A stretch of DNA of 64,000 nucleotides, from assembly GCA_964446825.1 (NCBI GenBank), contig CAYUQR010000001.1, forward strand, positions 94,767 through 158,766, read 5' to 3'. Position numbers and translations under genes: made by a program. The notes beneath the pieces were generated by a model. The model did no database searches and had not been told where the DNA came from. It saw only the letters and a list, made by a program, of their open reading frames with translations. Shown here piece by piece: positions 39,043 through 48,693 of the stretch (positions are counted from its first letter, which is position 1; every line of letters begins with the position of its first letter). The DNA is from an uncultured Rikenellaceae bacterium. Its GTDB lineage: Bacteria; Bacteroidota; Bacteroidia; Bacteroidales; VadinHA17.

Positions 39043-41940
39043 CTATGGTACTCTTCTTCCAATACTCATACCAAAAAGATCCATGTTAAACAACAATCCG
39101 AAATAAGGGCTCTCGTTTAAATTTTTCCAGGCTGTCCGCACACCTCCCGAGATCATAAAAGGAATCCTGAAAACATGAAAATCTGACATCAGCTCCACAC
39201 CAAAAGAACTGAATTTTTCATTACCCTCGTGGAAGGTATTTGTGGATTCGTCATTAACAATTACATCAAAATAATAATTGCCGGAGCCCGAGGCATAATC
39301 ATAAAAGAGATCCGCACGTATCCTTTTTATGTAAAGCAGACTTGCAACGTTGAAATCGGGGTATATAAGGGGAAAAGCATAATCTGCAGAGAAGAAATTT
39401 ATGTCAGTGGATATAATATTACTATACCCCCTGGGAAAAGATACCATGCTTCCGTAAAGGTATTTGGAAGGATTTTGTTTATCTTTTTCAAACCTGAACC
39501 TGATACCATTATTGGCTAAAATACCCGGGAAATAGAATGCGCTTTGCAAAGATGTTGCATTTCCGTATATGTTTTTATCAAATGGCGACCAGGAGTAGTT
39601 AAGATCAATGGTCTGAGCCCACCTGGGAAAAATATCCCTGTATGCCGAAACCTGGTAATTTGAAAAATATAATCTTCCTCTCAGTGTAGTCTGTCCATAA
39701 TCGTATATTCCTTCTTCCTGCAAGTAAACATAATTGTTCATGTATTCCGATGAGGCAGAAAGCTGCAAATACCGGGAAAATTTACCGGAAGAGAACTGAA
39801 AAGGGAAAAAGATCGTGTTCGAAAACCTTAATGAAGGATGTGGTTCAACAGGGTCACCAACTGATTCTCCAAGCTTATAAACATGAGGGTTATCACCATA
39901 ATCGAGTTGCGATTGAATAACAGGATACCATCCCTCCCAGGTTACTCGTGAATGAAAAACATTTCTGTTTGTTGCTGAATATTCATAGCCGATAGTTGAT
40001 GTAAGGGTGCTGAGACTATTCTGGCTCATGACGGTTATCCCCGGCCTGACAGATGCCGGGTCAGACGTAATAGTCTCAATATCTGCATAGAACGGCATCC
40101 AGCTGTGAAACCTGAAAAGATGCTGCCATTTTCTGTATGGTTCAGGTGTATAACTGTTGCTGCTGTTTTCCTCTGTCGATTTCTGCTTCAGATCGACCCG
40201 GTCGAGTATTGGAGAGGGAGTACTGTAACTAACTGGCAAGGTACTTCTGTTATTGCCTGATGTCAAAACACAGATATTATTCCCGCCCGAGGTATAATCG
40301 CTGAATACAACTTTTCCACCCGAAAGGCTGAGATCTGAAGTACCAAATCTTGAACTGGTTAATCTTGAAATTTTATTGTCGGGGGTTTTTAATAAAATAT
40401 TGTCTGTTCCGCTTAATGAACTGATAAAAAACAATGAATCATTTCTAAGGCATGAAGACTGAAGGTCGGCCCTGCCCGCTTCAACCAGGGTTTCCCATTC
40501 CTTTTTAATCAAGGAATATGAAATAATACCCTCACCTGCTTCCTTTAAAAAAATAAAAGTAATTTTCTGACCACCCATTTCCCATTGCGGGTGTTGAAGA
40601 TAAGCATTACCAGGTACCGGTACTGACTGCAAAATATTTTCTGTTTCTGAATCGATAATAATAAGATTATTCCTGTCATCAACAGTGTTTTCAGAAACAG
40701 CTATCCTTCTACCGTCGGGCGATATTGCGGCCGCAAGATATCTAGATTTTTTAGATAATCTTCCGGATTTTCTGGTCTTCAGGTCTAATATCCTGATAAC
40801 CGAAAAATTTCTGTTTTCCCATCTTGGATCCGGCTCAGATTCAACCCACACCAGTTTACCTCTGGCAAAAGAGATAAACCATGGATATATCTGGCCCGGG
40901 ACAAAAATTTTCTTTTCAGTTTTTGTTGAAGGCGAAATAAGAACAAAGTACGGCGGATCAGACAAAGAGGTCCTGATGGCAATTATACTGTCAGTCCCGA
41001 CAACCAGGGGCGAATGGTAGTCAATATATTTTTCATGTTTTGGAGGGTTGACAGCGTCATAAATGACAGATTTATTTTGTGTTACCTCTTTTGTCCAGAT
41101 TTGCTTCAGGGTATCAAGTGTTTCAATATATAGTTTCTTTTTTGTAATACCTGCATTTTTACGGAGACTTATATTAACAGGATTGATGGTAAAAGGCTCA
41201 TTAGCAGTAAAGTCATATACTTTATTCCAGATCAGGGGATTATGCCGGGCCATGGCCCATGTCACCATCTGATAACCTGTCTCATAGTAAGAGGGAACAA
41301 AATCGCGATATGAATCGTTGACGATCTTGTCGTATTTAAATAAATTATCTTTTTCAATTGCCAGGGCCTTAAGTTGTTTCAGGAAGGACGGCGACCGGCC
41401 CCTGCCTGATTCCGTAAGATAGGATTCAGCAAAAACGGCATCGCCTTCGAGGAGCCACAATGGAAGCAGGGAAGCTACAATACCAGTAAACTGTTCACCA
41501 AGAACAAACGACATTGCTTTGGAGAATCCCTGGTTCAGCGATTCCATCTGAAGAACATGTGTTATCTCATGGGTGGTAAGCTGTCTGTCAGCATCAAGCG
41601 GTATAGTGTTTTGTTCCGGGGTAGGATAGATCTCCATCCGGCGCGGAGCCCAGGCAACATATCCGTTTGACTGGGTGGTAAAATTGTGAATAATGACAGG
41701 TATCCTGAACTTTTTTTCAGGAAAGATTGTGGTAATCTTTGAATAAGCCTGGTCAAGCGAACGGGCAAATGCAACACCCCCTGCTCCGTATTTCTCGGGA
41801 TAGATTACAGTGAAATGGCCGGTTTTGATCTGCATCCATTTCAGGGAAGATGGATCTTGTCCGGTATTGTAATATTGTGCTGAAACAATATTCACGGTTA
41901 AAAACAGGACCAGGCATAAAAGGCACGACTGATATCTCAT
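39043..41940 (-). CDS. Secreted multidomain protein: HExxH metalloprotease-like N-domain, beta-propeller-like middle, beta-barrel-like C-terminus
   Basis: Signal peptide 'MRYQSCLLCLVLFLTVNIVSAQ'. 'HEITH' at 41557..41571 with a downstream 'EGDAVFAES'. TolB/WD40-like 'ISPDGRRIAV' segments, and a C-terminal ~350 aa of aromatic-rich alternating strands. Confidence 0.6.
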   Translation of the reverse strand: MRYQSCLLCLVLFLTVNIVSAQYYNTGQDPSSLKWMQIKTGHFTVIYPEKYGAGGVAFARSLDQAYSKITTIFPEKKFRIPVIIHNFTTQSNGYVAWAPRRMEIYPTPEQNTIPLDADRQLTTHEITHVLQMESLNQGFSKAMSFVLGEQFTGIVASLLPLWLLEGDAVFAESYLTESGRGRSPSFLKQLKALAIEKDNLFKYDKIVNDSYRDFVPSYYETGYQMVTWAMARHNPLIWNKVYDFTANEPFTINPVNISLRKNAGITKKKLYIETLDTLKQIWTKEVTQNKSVIYDAVNPPKHEKYIDYHSPLVVGTDSIIAIRTSLSDPPYFVLISPSTKTEKKIFVPGQIYPWFISFARGKLVWVESEPDPRWENRNFSVIRILDLKTRKSGRLSKKSRYLAAAISPDGRRIAVSENTVDDRNNLIIIDSETENILQSVPVPGNAYLQHPQWEMGGQKITFIFLKEAGEGIISYSLIKKEWETLVEAGRADLQSSCLRNDSLFFISSLSGTDNILLKTPDNKISRLTSSRFGTSDLSLSGGKVVFSDYTSGGNNICVLTSGNNRSTLPVSYSTPSPILDRVDLKQKSTEENSSNSYTPEPYRKWQHLFRFHSWMPFYADIETITSDPASVRPGITVMSQNSLSTLTSTIGYEYSATNRNVFHSRVTWEGWYPVIQSQLDYGDNPHVYKLGESVGDPVEPHPSLRFSNTIFFPFQFSSGKFSRYLQLSASSEYMNNYVYLQEEGIYDYGQTTLRGRLYFSNYQVSAYRDIFPRWAQTIDLNYSWSPFDKNIYGNATSLQSAFYFPGILANNGIRFRFEKDKQNPSKYLYGSMVSFPRGYSNIISTDINFFSADYAFPLIYPDFNVASLLYIKRIRADLFYDYASGSGNYYFDVIVNDESTNTFHEGNEKFSSFGVELMSDFHVFRIPFMISGGVRTAWKNLNESPYFGLLFNMDLFGMSIGRRVP

Positions 41941-42063
41941 TCAGTTAACTATTGCCCAAAAGTAATAAATTTAGTGACCATTAAGGCTTTGCGTTAGTAT
42001 TAAAAAAATCAGTAATTTCGTCCTTTAATCTTTAAAGAATATTCTGAAAAAACATAATAAGGG

Positions 42064-45000
42064 ATGAAGAATTATAAGCTTATTAATAACATAACAGGCT
42101 GGAGTGTCTTTACTGTTGCGGCTATTACCTATCTGATGACGATTGAACCTACTGCAAGTTTATGGGATTGCGGGGAGTTTATCGCATCAGGATTTAAACT
42201 TGAAGTCGGCCATCCTCCCGGTAATCCGGTTTTTATGGTTCTTGACCGTTTCTTCACCCTTTTTGCAGGAGGAAATGCATCAAAAGTCGCTGCCTGGGCC
42301 AATTCGATGTCAGCTCTTGCAAGCGCATTCACCATACTTTTTCTTTTCTGGACCATTACTCATCTGGCAAAGAAAATATTGCTCAGAGATGAAAGTCATT
42401 CCACAACAGCCAGGATTATTGCAGTTATGGCCGCAGGCGTTGTTGGAGCAGTGGCATATACTTTTTCTGACTCATTCTGGTTTTCTGCGGTTGAAGGAGA
42501 GGTTTATGCCACCTCATCATTTTTTACCGCAATAGTATTCTGGGCCATCCTCAAATGGGAAGATGTTGCTGAAGAAAGACATGCTGACAAATGGTTAATC
42601 CTTATAGCATTTCTTATGGGATTATCAATAGGGGTACATCTTCTTAACCTGCTCACTCTTCCCGGAATAGTGCTGGTATACTATTTTAAGAAGTTCGAAT
42701 TCTCATGGAAGGGATTTTTATTCTCCCTGGCAGTTTCAATTACACTTCTGGCTCTCCTGATGTGGGGCATAATGCCCGGCGTTGTTACAATCTCCTCAAA
42801 ATTCGATCTGTTCTTTGTTAACACCCTGCATCTTCCGGCGAATAGCGGTATGATCTTTCATATGATTATTCTTGCAGTTCTTTTTGTATTCGCGGTAAGG
42901 GCATCGTTTACATCGTCAAAAAGTCATAAGAATGCTATTCTGGCAATTGCAGCTCTTTTCTTTACCGGCATTTGGGTTGTTTCCGGTTCTGCTGTTTTTA
43001 ATATATTGGTAATGATCACTGTAGGAGGAATAGCGTGGTTCCTGGCTGAAAAGAACAGGACAGCCCTTAATGCCCTGCTTACGGCAATAATGGTTATTCT
43101 GATAGGATATTCCGCCAATGCGATAATCGTAATAAGAGCTAGTGCCAATACGCCTCTTAATGAGAACAATCCTTCAAATCCCTTTAACCTGCTTTATTTT
43201 CTTAACAGGGAGCAATATGGCGAAAGACCGTTATTCAGGGGACCATATTACAATGCCCCGGTTATAGATTATGTAAATGGCAAACCAAAATACGCACTTG
43301 AGAAAGGCAAATACATAATTACCAGTTACAACCTCGAGCGAGTATATGATCCGCGGTTTATAACACTTTTCCCAAGGATGTGGAGCGATCAGAGTGACCA
43401 CCAGGAAGTTTATGAACAATGGGGTCGGGTAAAAGGAACTCCGATTCAGGTTACGGACCAGTCGGGTGAAAAGAAAATAGTCAGGAAACCGACCTTCGGT
43501 GAAAATCTTAGGTTTATGTTCTCGTATCAGTACGGATATATGTATTTCAGATATTTCATGTGGAATTTTGCAGGTAAGCAAAATGATACCCAGGGAACAG
43601 GAGGGGTGGTTAATGGAAACTGGATCACAGGGATAAAGTTCCTTGACGAACCCAGGGTAGGTACTATGTCGGACCTGCCTCCGGATATGAAAAATGATCC
43701 ATCGAGGAACAGGTATTTCCTTTTACCTTTTCTGCTCGGATTTGCCGGATTGTTTTATCAGTTCAACCGCGATAACAGGAACTGGGGAATTATTCTTATT
43801 CTTTTCGTGATGACTGGTATTGCCATAGTCTTTTACCTAAATCAGTATCCTAACCAGCCAAGGGAAAGGGACTATGCCTATGCAGGATCATTCTACTTTT
43901 TCTCGGTATGGATAGGACTGGGTGTTCTTGCCCTTTTTGAAGGGCTCTCGCGACTGACAAGCGAAAAAATTGCAGCGCCAGTTGCCGGATTGTTGTGTTT
44001 CCTGGCAGTTCCCGTGCTGATGGGATCTGAAGACTGGACCGATCACGACCGTTCAGGACGATATCTCACCCGTGACGTTGCATTTGACTATCTTAATTCC
44101 TGTGCACCTGATGCAATTCTTTTTACCAATGGCGATAACGATACTTTTCCTTTGTGGTATGCCCAGGAAGTTGAAGGGAAAAGAGTTGATGTAAGGGTAT
44201 GTAACCTGATGCTGCTTAATACCGACTGGTATATCGACCAGATGAAGAGGCGGGTCAATGAATCCGCGCCGTTGCCCATTACTCTTCCGGTTAAAAAATA
44301 CTATGATGGCGTGAATAACCAGGTTTTCATTGTTGAAAAAACTAAAGATCCGGTGGATATATCAACAATTATCGACTGGGTAAACAGCGATAATAAAGGA
44401 ACAAAAGTTCAGGTCTCTTCAACGGAGATTCTCGATATTATTCCATCAAGAACCATAAGAATACCGGTTGATGCTGCGAAAGTGATCGCATCGGGTACTG
44501 TTGATCGGAAAGACTCTGCTAAGATTGTTCCATATATAGATATTAAGCTTAAAGGGAATTCTATTCTTAAAAGCCAGCTAATGGTTCTCGATATTCTTGC
44601 ACATAATAAATGGGAGCGGCCGATATATTTTGTTACAGGATATCATAACGACGCCCTGGGACTCGAAGAGTATTTTCAGCTTGAAGGACTGGCTTACCGT
44701 CTTGTACCAATAAAATCGCAGAATAAAAGCTGGATTGATTATGGAAGGATAAATACGGATATCCTTTACGAAAATATGATCAAAAAATTTGTCTGGGGAG
44801 GAGCCAATGCAAAAAATGTAAATCTCGATTATAACCATAAACGTACAATTATTGTTATTAAAGCAAGGCTGAACTATGCCAGGCTTGCCAAGGCCCTTGC
44901 TGCTGAAGGAAAGAATGAAAAAGCAGTGGGAGTACTCGATTTTTGTATGAATGCTCTTCCTATAGAAAAGACATCTTACGATCCCTATGTTCCCGATCTG

Positions 45001-45279
45001 ATAGAAGCATATTTTGCTGCCGGAGCAACTGATAAAGCCGTAGAAATGACCAATGCTCTCTGTGATTTTTATTACGGACACCTTACATATTACCTTAAAC
45101 AGAATCAGTATATAGTAAATTCAGCTGAATATGAGATCCAGTCAGCTATCCAATATACTTCGAGGGTGGCAAGCGCATGCACTGCCTATGGTAAACCGGA
45201 ACTGGGAGAAGAAATAAATAAGAAGCTTGAAGACTATTACAAAGAATATGTAAAAATAGTGCAGCCTTTCGCGAAATAA
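42064..45279 (+). CDS. DUF2723 / TMEM260-like large polytopic membrane protein (GT-C-type glycosyltransferase fold suspected)
   Basis: N-terminus 'TIEPTASLWDCGEFIASGFKLEVGHPPGNP' is the DUF2723 signature as I recall it. More than 10 TMs, followed by a large soluble C-terminal region with helical repeats. Confidence 0.75.
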   Translation: MKNYKLINNITGWSVFTVAAITYLMTIEPTASLWDCGEFIASGFKLEVGHPPGNPVFMVLDRFFTLFAGGNASKVAAWANSMSALASAFTILFLFWTITHLAKKILLRDESHSTTARIIAVMAAGVVGAVAYTFSDSFWFSAVEGEVYATSSFFTAIVFWAILKWEDVAEERHADKWLILIAFLMGLSIGVHLLNLLTLPGIVLVYYFKKFEFSWKGFLFSLAVSITLLALLMWGIMPGVVTISSKFDLFFVNTLHLPANSGMIFHMIILAVLFVFAVRASFTSSKSHKNAILAIAALFFTGIWVVSGSAVFNILVMITVGGIAWFLAEKNRTALNALLTAIMVILIGYSANAIIVIRASANTPLNENNPSNPFNLLYFLNREQYGERPLFRGPYYNAPVIDYVNGKPKYALEKGKYIITSYNLERVYDPRFITLFPRMWSDQSDHQEVYEQWGRVKGTPIQVTDQSGEKKIVRKPTFGENLRFMFSYQYGYMYFRYFMWNFAGKQNDTQGTGGVVNGNWITGIKFLDEPRVGTMSDLPPDMKNDPSRNRYFLLPFLLGFAGLFYQFNRDNRNWGIILILFVMTGIAIVFYLNQYPNQPRERDYAYAGSFYFFSVWIGLGVLALFEGLSRLTSEKIAAPVAGLLCFLAVPVLMGSEDWTDHDRSGRYLTRDVAFDYLNSCAPDAILFTNGDNDTFPLWYAQEVEGKRVDVRVCNLMLLNTDWYIDQMKRRVNESAPLPITLPVKKYYDGVNNQVFIVEKTKDPVDISTIIDWVNSDNKGTKVQVSSTEILDIIPSRTIRIPVDAAKVIASGTVDRKDSAKIVPYIDIKLKGNSILKSQLMVLDILAHNKWERPIYFVTGYHNDALGLEEYFQLEGLAYRLVPIKSQNKSWIDYGRINTDILYENMIKKFVWGGANAKNVNLDYNHKRTIIVIKARLNYARLAKALAAEGKNEKAVGVLDFCMNALPIEKTSYDPYVPDLIEAYFAAGATDKAVEMTNALCDFYYGHLTYYLKQNQYIVNSAEYEIQSAIQYTSRVASACTAYGKPELGEEINKKLEDYYKEYVKIVQPFAK

Positions 45280-45286
45280 TAATTTC

Positions 45287-45703
45287 CTAGTAAAGAGTCA
45301 CCGGAGTGGATGTGTTCAGGTATTTGCCGACTAGAAAAAAGATTTTCTCCGGGTAAATAGGTTTAAGCACCCACTCATTACACCCTGCCAGGTAAGCCTC
45401 TGTTTTTGCCTGCTCGGATGAATATGCAGTTATCATTATGACAGGATTTTTCCTCGATTTCCGGAACATTCTTATGCATTCTATTCCGTTAATAAGGGGA
45501 ATAAGAAAATCCATTATTACAAGATCGACTTTACTGTTTTCCTGATTAATATAATCCACGAAATCTTTCCCTGTTCGGAATATTATTAAATCAGCACCGG
45601 AATTTTTAAGCAGGGTTTCGTAGTACTTAATAGACGGTAAATCATCCTCGACAATAATAATAGTTCTTCCTTCTAGTTCTAAATTGCTGATATTCAGGGT
45701 CAT
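45287..45703 (-). CDS. Stand-alone response regulator receiver (REC only)
   Basis: 'IIIVEDD', 'DLVIMDFLIPLINGIE', 'ITAYS' and 'LKP': all canonical receiver residues are present and there is no output domain. Confidence 0.85.
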   Translation of the reverse strand: MTLNISNLELEGRTIIIVEDDLPSIKYYETLLKNSGADLIIFRTGKDFVDYINQENSKVDLVIMDFLIPLINGIECIRMFRKSRKNPVIMITAYSSEQAKTEAYLAGCNEWVLKPIYPEKIFFLVGKYLNTSTPVTLY

Positions 45704-45872
45704 TTGGATGCTTGGTTAGGCTTGTATAAAATTACAATAAGAAAAGTATCCTGTACTACAGAAACAGTTCAGTTATTAACATTTTATCAACATTTCGGAG
45801 TTGCCTCAATAATGTGTCATTTGCTTTCCTGAATAATATTTTGCATATTCGTATAAATAATACCTGACGATC

Positions 45873-47768
45873 ATGTTGAAAAAGATTGGCATTATCAGAA
45901 TTTCAATCCTCACACTGGGACTGACATTATTGATTAATAATGCATATAGTCAGGCTGGGATCGATAACGGGACAAGAGCTGTTTTTATTTTTGACATAGC
46001 AAGATATATTGATTATGGTCCCGGATTTGCTGACTCATCCGTTTTCAAAATCGGGATACTCGATAAAAACGAATTCCTGTTTTTCGAATTAGGAAACCTC
46101 AGAAAGACCAGGACAACAATACAAAATAAACCGGTTGAGCTTATCAAATTCAACTCGGAAAGCCAGATAGTCTATACACAACTGCTATATGTTAACAAAG
46201 CAAGTGGGTTTAGTCTGGACAAAGTTAAAGAAGTTATTAAGAATCACCAGACCTTGCTTTTAACGGAAGGGTATGAATTCCGCGAGTCGATGATTAATTT
46301 CATGGGAGTTGAGGGGCAAATGCCAAAATACAGCGTTAATGAAGACCTGATTAACAGCGCCGGGATGAATGTTAATTCAAATATGTTAAATCAGGCGATA
46401 AAAACGAAAGAAGACTGGGAAAATCTTTTTGGCAAGGCAAGCGAAGAGATAATTATCCAGAGAGATACTATTCGTCAGCAACTCGGGATGATAAAGGCAC
46501 AGAAAGAAGAGATACTTCACCAGAAGGCGCTTCTTGACAGTCTCGATAAAGAGATAACTGCAAAGGAAAATACTCTCAATGAAAAACAGAAGATACTCGA
46601 CAGGCAATTTATTCAGATAAGCAGGCAAAAAGGAGAAATATCTGTGCAGAAACAAACTATTATGGTTCAGCAGCAGGAAGTTCAGGTGCAGAAGGATACC
46701 CTTACTAATCAAAAAGAAAAGATAATTCTCCAGCTTGCAAGGATAGATGATCAGCTTAAAAAGATAAACGATCAGGAAAGTAAAATAAAAGTCCAGCTTG
46801 CAACACTGGAAAAACAAAAGCTGATTCTTTATTTTGTCATACTGGCCCTTCTTCTTGTCAGCTTTCTCGGTTATTATATTTACCGGGGGTATAAAATTAA
46901 AAAAGAGGCAAATATAAGACTTGAAGAAAAGAACAGGACAATTTCATTGCAGAAGGATGAAATTGAGAAGCAGCGGGATATTGCTGCTGCACAAAGGGAT
47001 CAGATTGCCTACCAGAAGAAACATATCACCGACAGTATAATGTATGCCAAGAGAATACAGACTGCCCTTATCCCTTCTCTGGAGCTTTTCAGCGATAAAC
47101 TCCAACACTTTGTTTTATATAAACCACTGGCAATAGTAAGTGGTGATTTTTACTGGGTCTCTTCTCAGGGGAATGTACAGATAATAATATCTGCTGACTG
47201 TACAGGCCATGGGGTTCCGGGGGCATTTATGAGTATGCTTGGAGTCACCATGCTGAATGAGATTGTCAATGGGAAACATATCATAATGCCTGACCAGATA
47301 CTCGAAAATTTGCGGCAGGGTGTAATAAAATCATTAAACCAGGTTGCAGAAGAGGATAGTATTAAGGACGGGATGGATATAGCCGTTTGCGTGGTTGATT
47401 TTGATAAAAGCTTATTGTGGTATGCAGGGGCCAACAGCCCTTTGTACCTCGTAAGAGGAGGAGAGCTTATACATTACAGGGCCGATAAGATGCCGGTTGC
47501 AATTCATTATAAGATGGGACCTTTCACTCTAAATAAAATTGATCTTCAGAAAGGCGATGCCTTCTATATCTTTTCAGACGGATATGCCGATCAGTTTGGA
47601 GGACCGAAGCAAAAGAAATACATGTCGATGCAGCTTAAGGAAACTCTTGTTGCCATGGCAGGCAAGCCCATGCTTGAACAGGGAGAACGGTTAAATGAAA
47701 TATTTGAGGAGTGGAAAGGTGATAACTCCCAGGTAGATGATGTAACGCTGATAGGGGTCAGATACTGA
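45873..47768 (+). CDS. Membrane PP2C/SpoIIE phosphatase with periplasmic YfiR-like (DUF4154) domain and Q-rich coiled coil
   Basis: Signal peptide, then a YfiR-like segment ('AVFIFDIARYIDY..KIGIL..LLLTEGYEF..MINF'). Q/K-rich coiled coil, TM 'ILYFVILALLLVSFLGYYIY', and SpoIIE motifs 'GDFYW', 'ADCTGHGVPGAFMSM', 'SDGYADQFG', 'DDVTLIG'. Confidence 0.8.
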   Translation: MLKKIGIIRISILTLGLTLLINNAYSQAGIDNGTRAVFIFDIARYIDYGPGFADSSVFKIGILDKNEFLFFELGNLRKTRTTIQNKPVELIKFNSESQIVYTQLLYVNKASGFSLDKVKEVIKNHQTLLLTEGYEFRESMINFMGVEGQMPKYSVNEDLINSAGMNVNSNMLNQAIKTKEDWENLFGKASEEIIIQRDTIRQQLGMIKAQKEEILHQKALLDSLDKEITAKENTLNEKQKILDRQFIQISRQKGEISVQKQTIMVQQQEVQVQKDTLTNQKEKIILQLARIDDQLKKINDQESKIKVQLATLEKQKLILYFVILALLLVSFLGYYIYRGYKIKKEANIRLEEKNRTISLQKDEIEKQRDIAAAQRDQIAYQKKHITDSIMYAKRIQTALIPSLELFSDKLQHFVLYKPLAIVSGDFYWVSSQGNVQIIISADCTGHGVPGAFMSMLGVTMLNEIVNGKHIIMPDQILENLRQGVIKSLNQVAEEDSIKDGMDIAVCVVDFDKSLLWYAGANSPLYLVRGGELIHYRADKMPVAIHYKMGPFTLNKIDLQKGDAFYIFSDGYADQFGGPKQKKYMSMQLKETLVAMAGKPMLEQGERLNEIFEEWKGDNSQVDDVTLIGVRY

Positions 47769-47999
47769 TTATTTACAAACCCACCTGGTTGTTACACCTA
47801 ACACTGTAACATCAGGTGTTGCTTCTATTCTTACTAACGCAGCATCGCAATATTCAGTGTCAGATCCTTCGGTAAGAAGGTTATTTGAAGAATCATAGGT
47901 GTTTTGCGAACAGACTTTGCAATTCTTAATACTATCGCACGAATTGAATGCGCCAACAAGAAAGAGGAACCCTAATGTATAGAATAATTTTCTTTTCAT
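47769..47999 (-). CDS. Small Cys-rich lipoprotein (hypothetical)
   Basis: Lipobox 'GAFNSC' followed by four further Cys. The stop codon abuts the SpoIIE stop with zero spacer. Confidence 0.45.
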   Translation of the reverse strand: MKRKLFYTLGFLFLVGAFNSCDSIKNCKVCSQNTYDSSNNLLTEGSDTEYCDAALVRIEATPDVTVLGVTTRWVCK

Positions 48000-48169
48000 A
48001 GTAGGTTTTTAGTAATCAAATATACTAATTCTCTTGTTTTAATGATCAGAATTAATGGAAAAAGGTTGCCTTGAGGCATAATTGTTGTGGTTTATGCAGC
48101 ATATTACAAATAGGCAAGTCTTTGTATCAGGAATGAAAATATTTATAAATTGCATAAAAAATTATTGTC

Positions 48170-48547
48170 ATGGAAGAATCTAGAATGAAAAAGCATGTAA
48201 CCGTGGTCGGGGCTATTCACATCGGCTTTGGCTTCCTCGGTCTGATGGCTGCTGTTGCGTTATTCTTTATTTTCAATTTTGCAAGGAGTCAGGTCGGGGG
48301 CGATGAAACCGGGGAAATGGTTCTCAGGTTTTTATCACTAAGCCTACCTCTTTTAATCGGATTTTTATCCACGCTGGGACTTATAGGCGGAATCGGACTC
48401 CTCACGTATTTGCCATGGGCAAGATACCTGGTAATAGTTGTCGCAGCTCTCGGATGCCTTAATATACCCATAGGAACACTGAAAGGCGTTTACTCTTTAT
48501 GGGTTTTAATGCAGGATGATACTGTCAAGCTCTTCCAGAAAAAATAA
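48170..48547 (+). CDS. Hypothetical 4-TM membrane protein
   Basis: Hydropathy only, plus a strong terminator hairpin 25 nt downstream. Confidence 0.5.
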   Translation: MEESRMKKHVTVVGAIHIGFGFLGLMAAVALFFIFNFARSQVGGDETGEMVLRFLSLSLPLLIGFLSTLGLIGGIGLLTYLPWARYLVIVVAALGCLNIPIGTLKGVYSLWVLMQDDTVKLFQKK

Positions 48548-48571
48548 TTACTTATTAAAATACCGGTTGTT

Positions 48572-48600
48572 GTAAAGACGCCCAATTTGGGCGTCTTTAC
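48572..48600 (+). terminator. Rho-independent terminator hairpin
   Basis: GTAAAGACGCCCAATTTGGGCGTCTTTAC forms a perfect stem, followed by TATTTAT. Confidence 0.7.
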
Positions 48601-48693
48601 TATTTATGATGATAGATCTTATATTGAAATATCCTGATTGGATGTCTTCAATTTTTTTGGCGTATTTTTGTCGGGTGAACAAATTCTGGTATT

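Noticed and set aside
39030-39048. AGGCCT-GAT-AGGCCT duplicated palindrome at the junction of the convergent decarboxylase and 965-aa genes
   Set aside because: It spans both stop codons and is only two 6-bp restriction-site-like palindromes. That is too short to argue for a terminator or binding site without more evidence.
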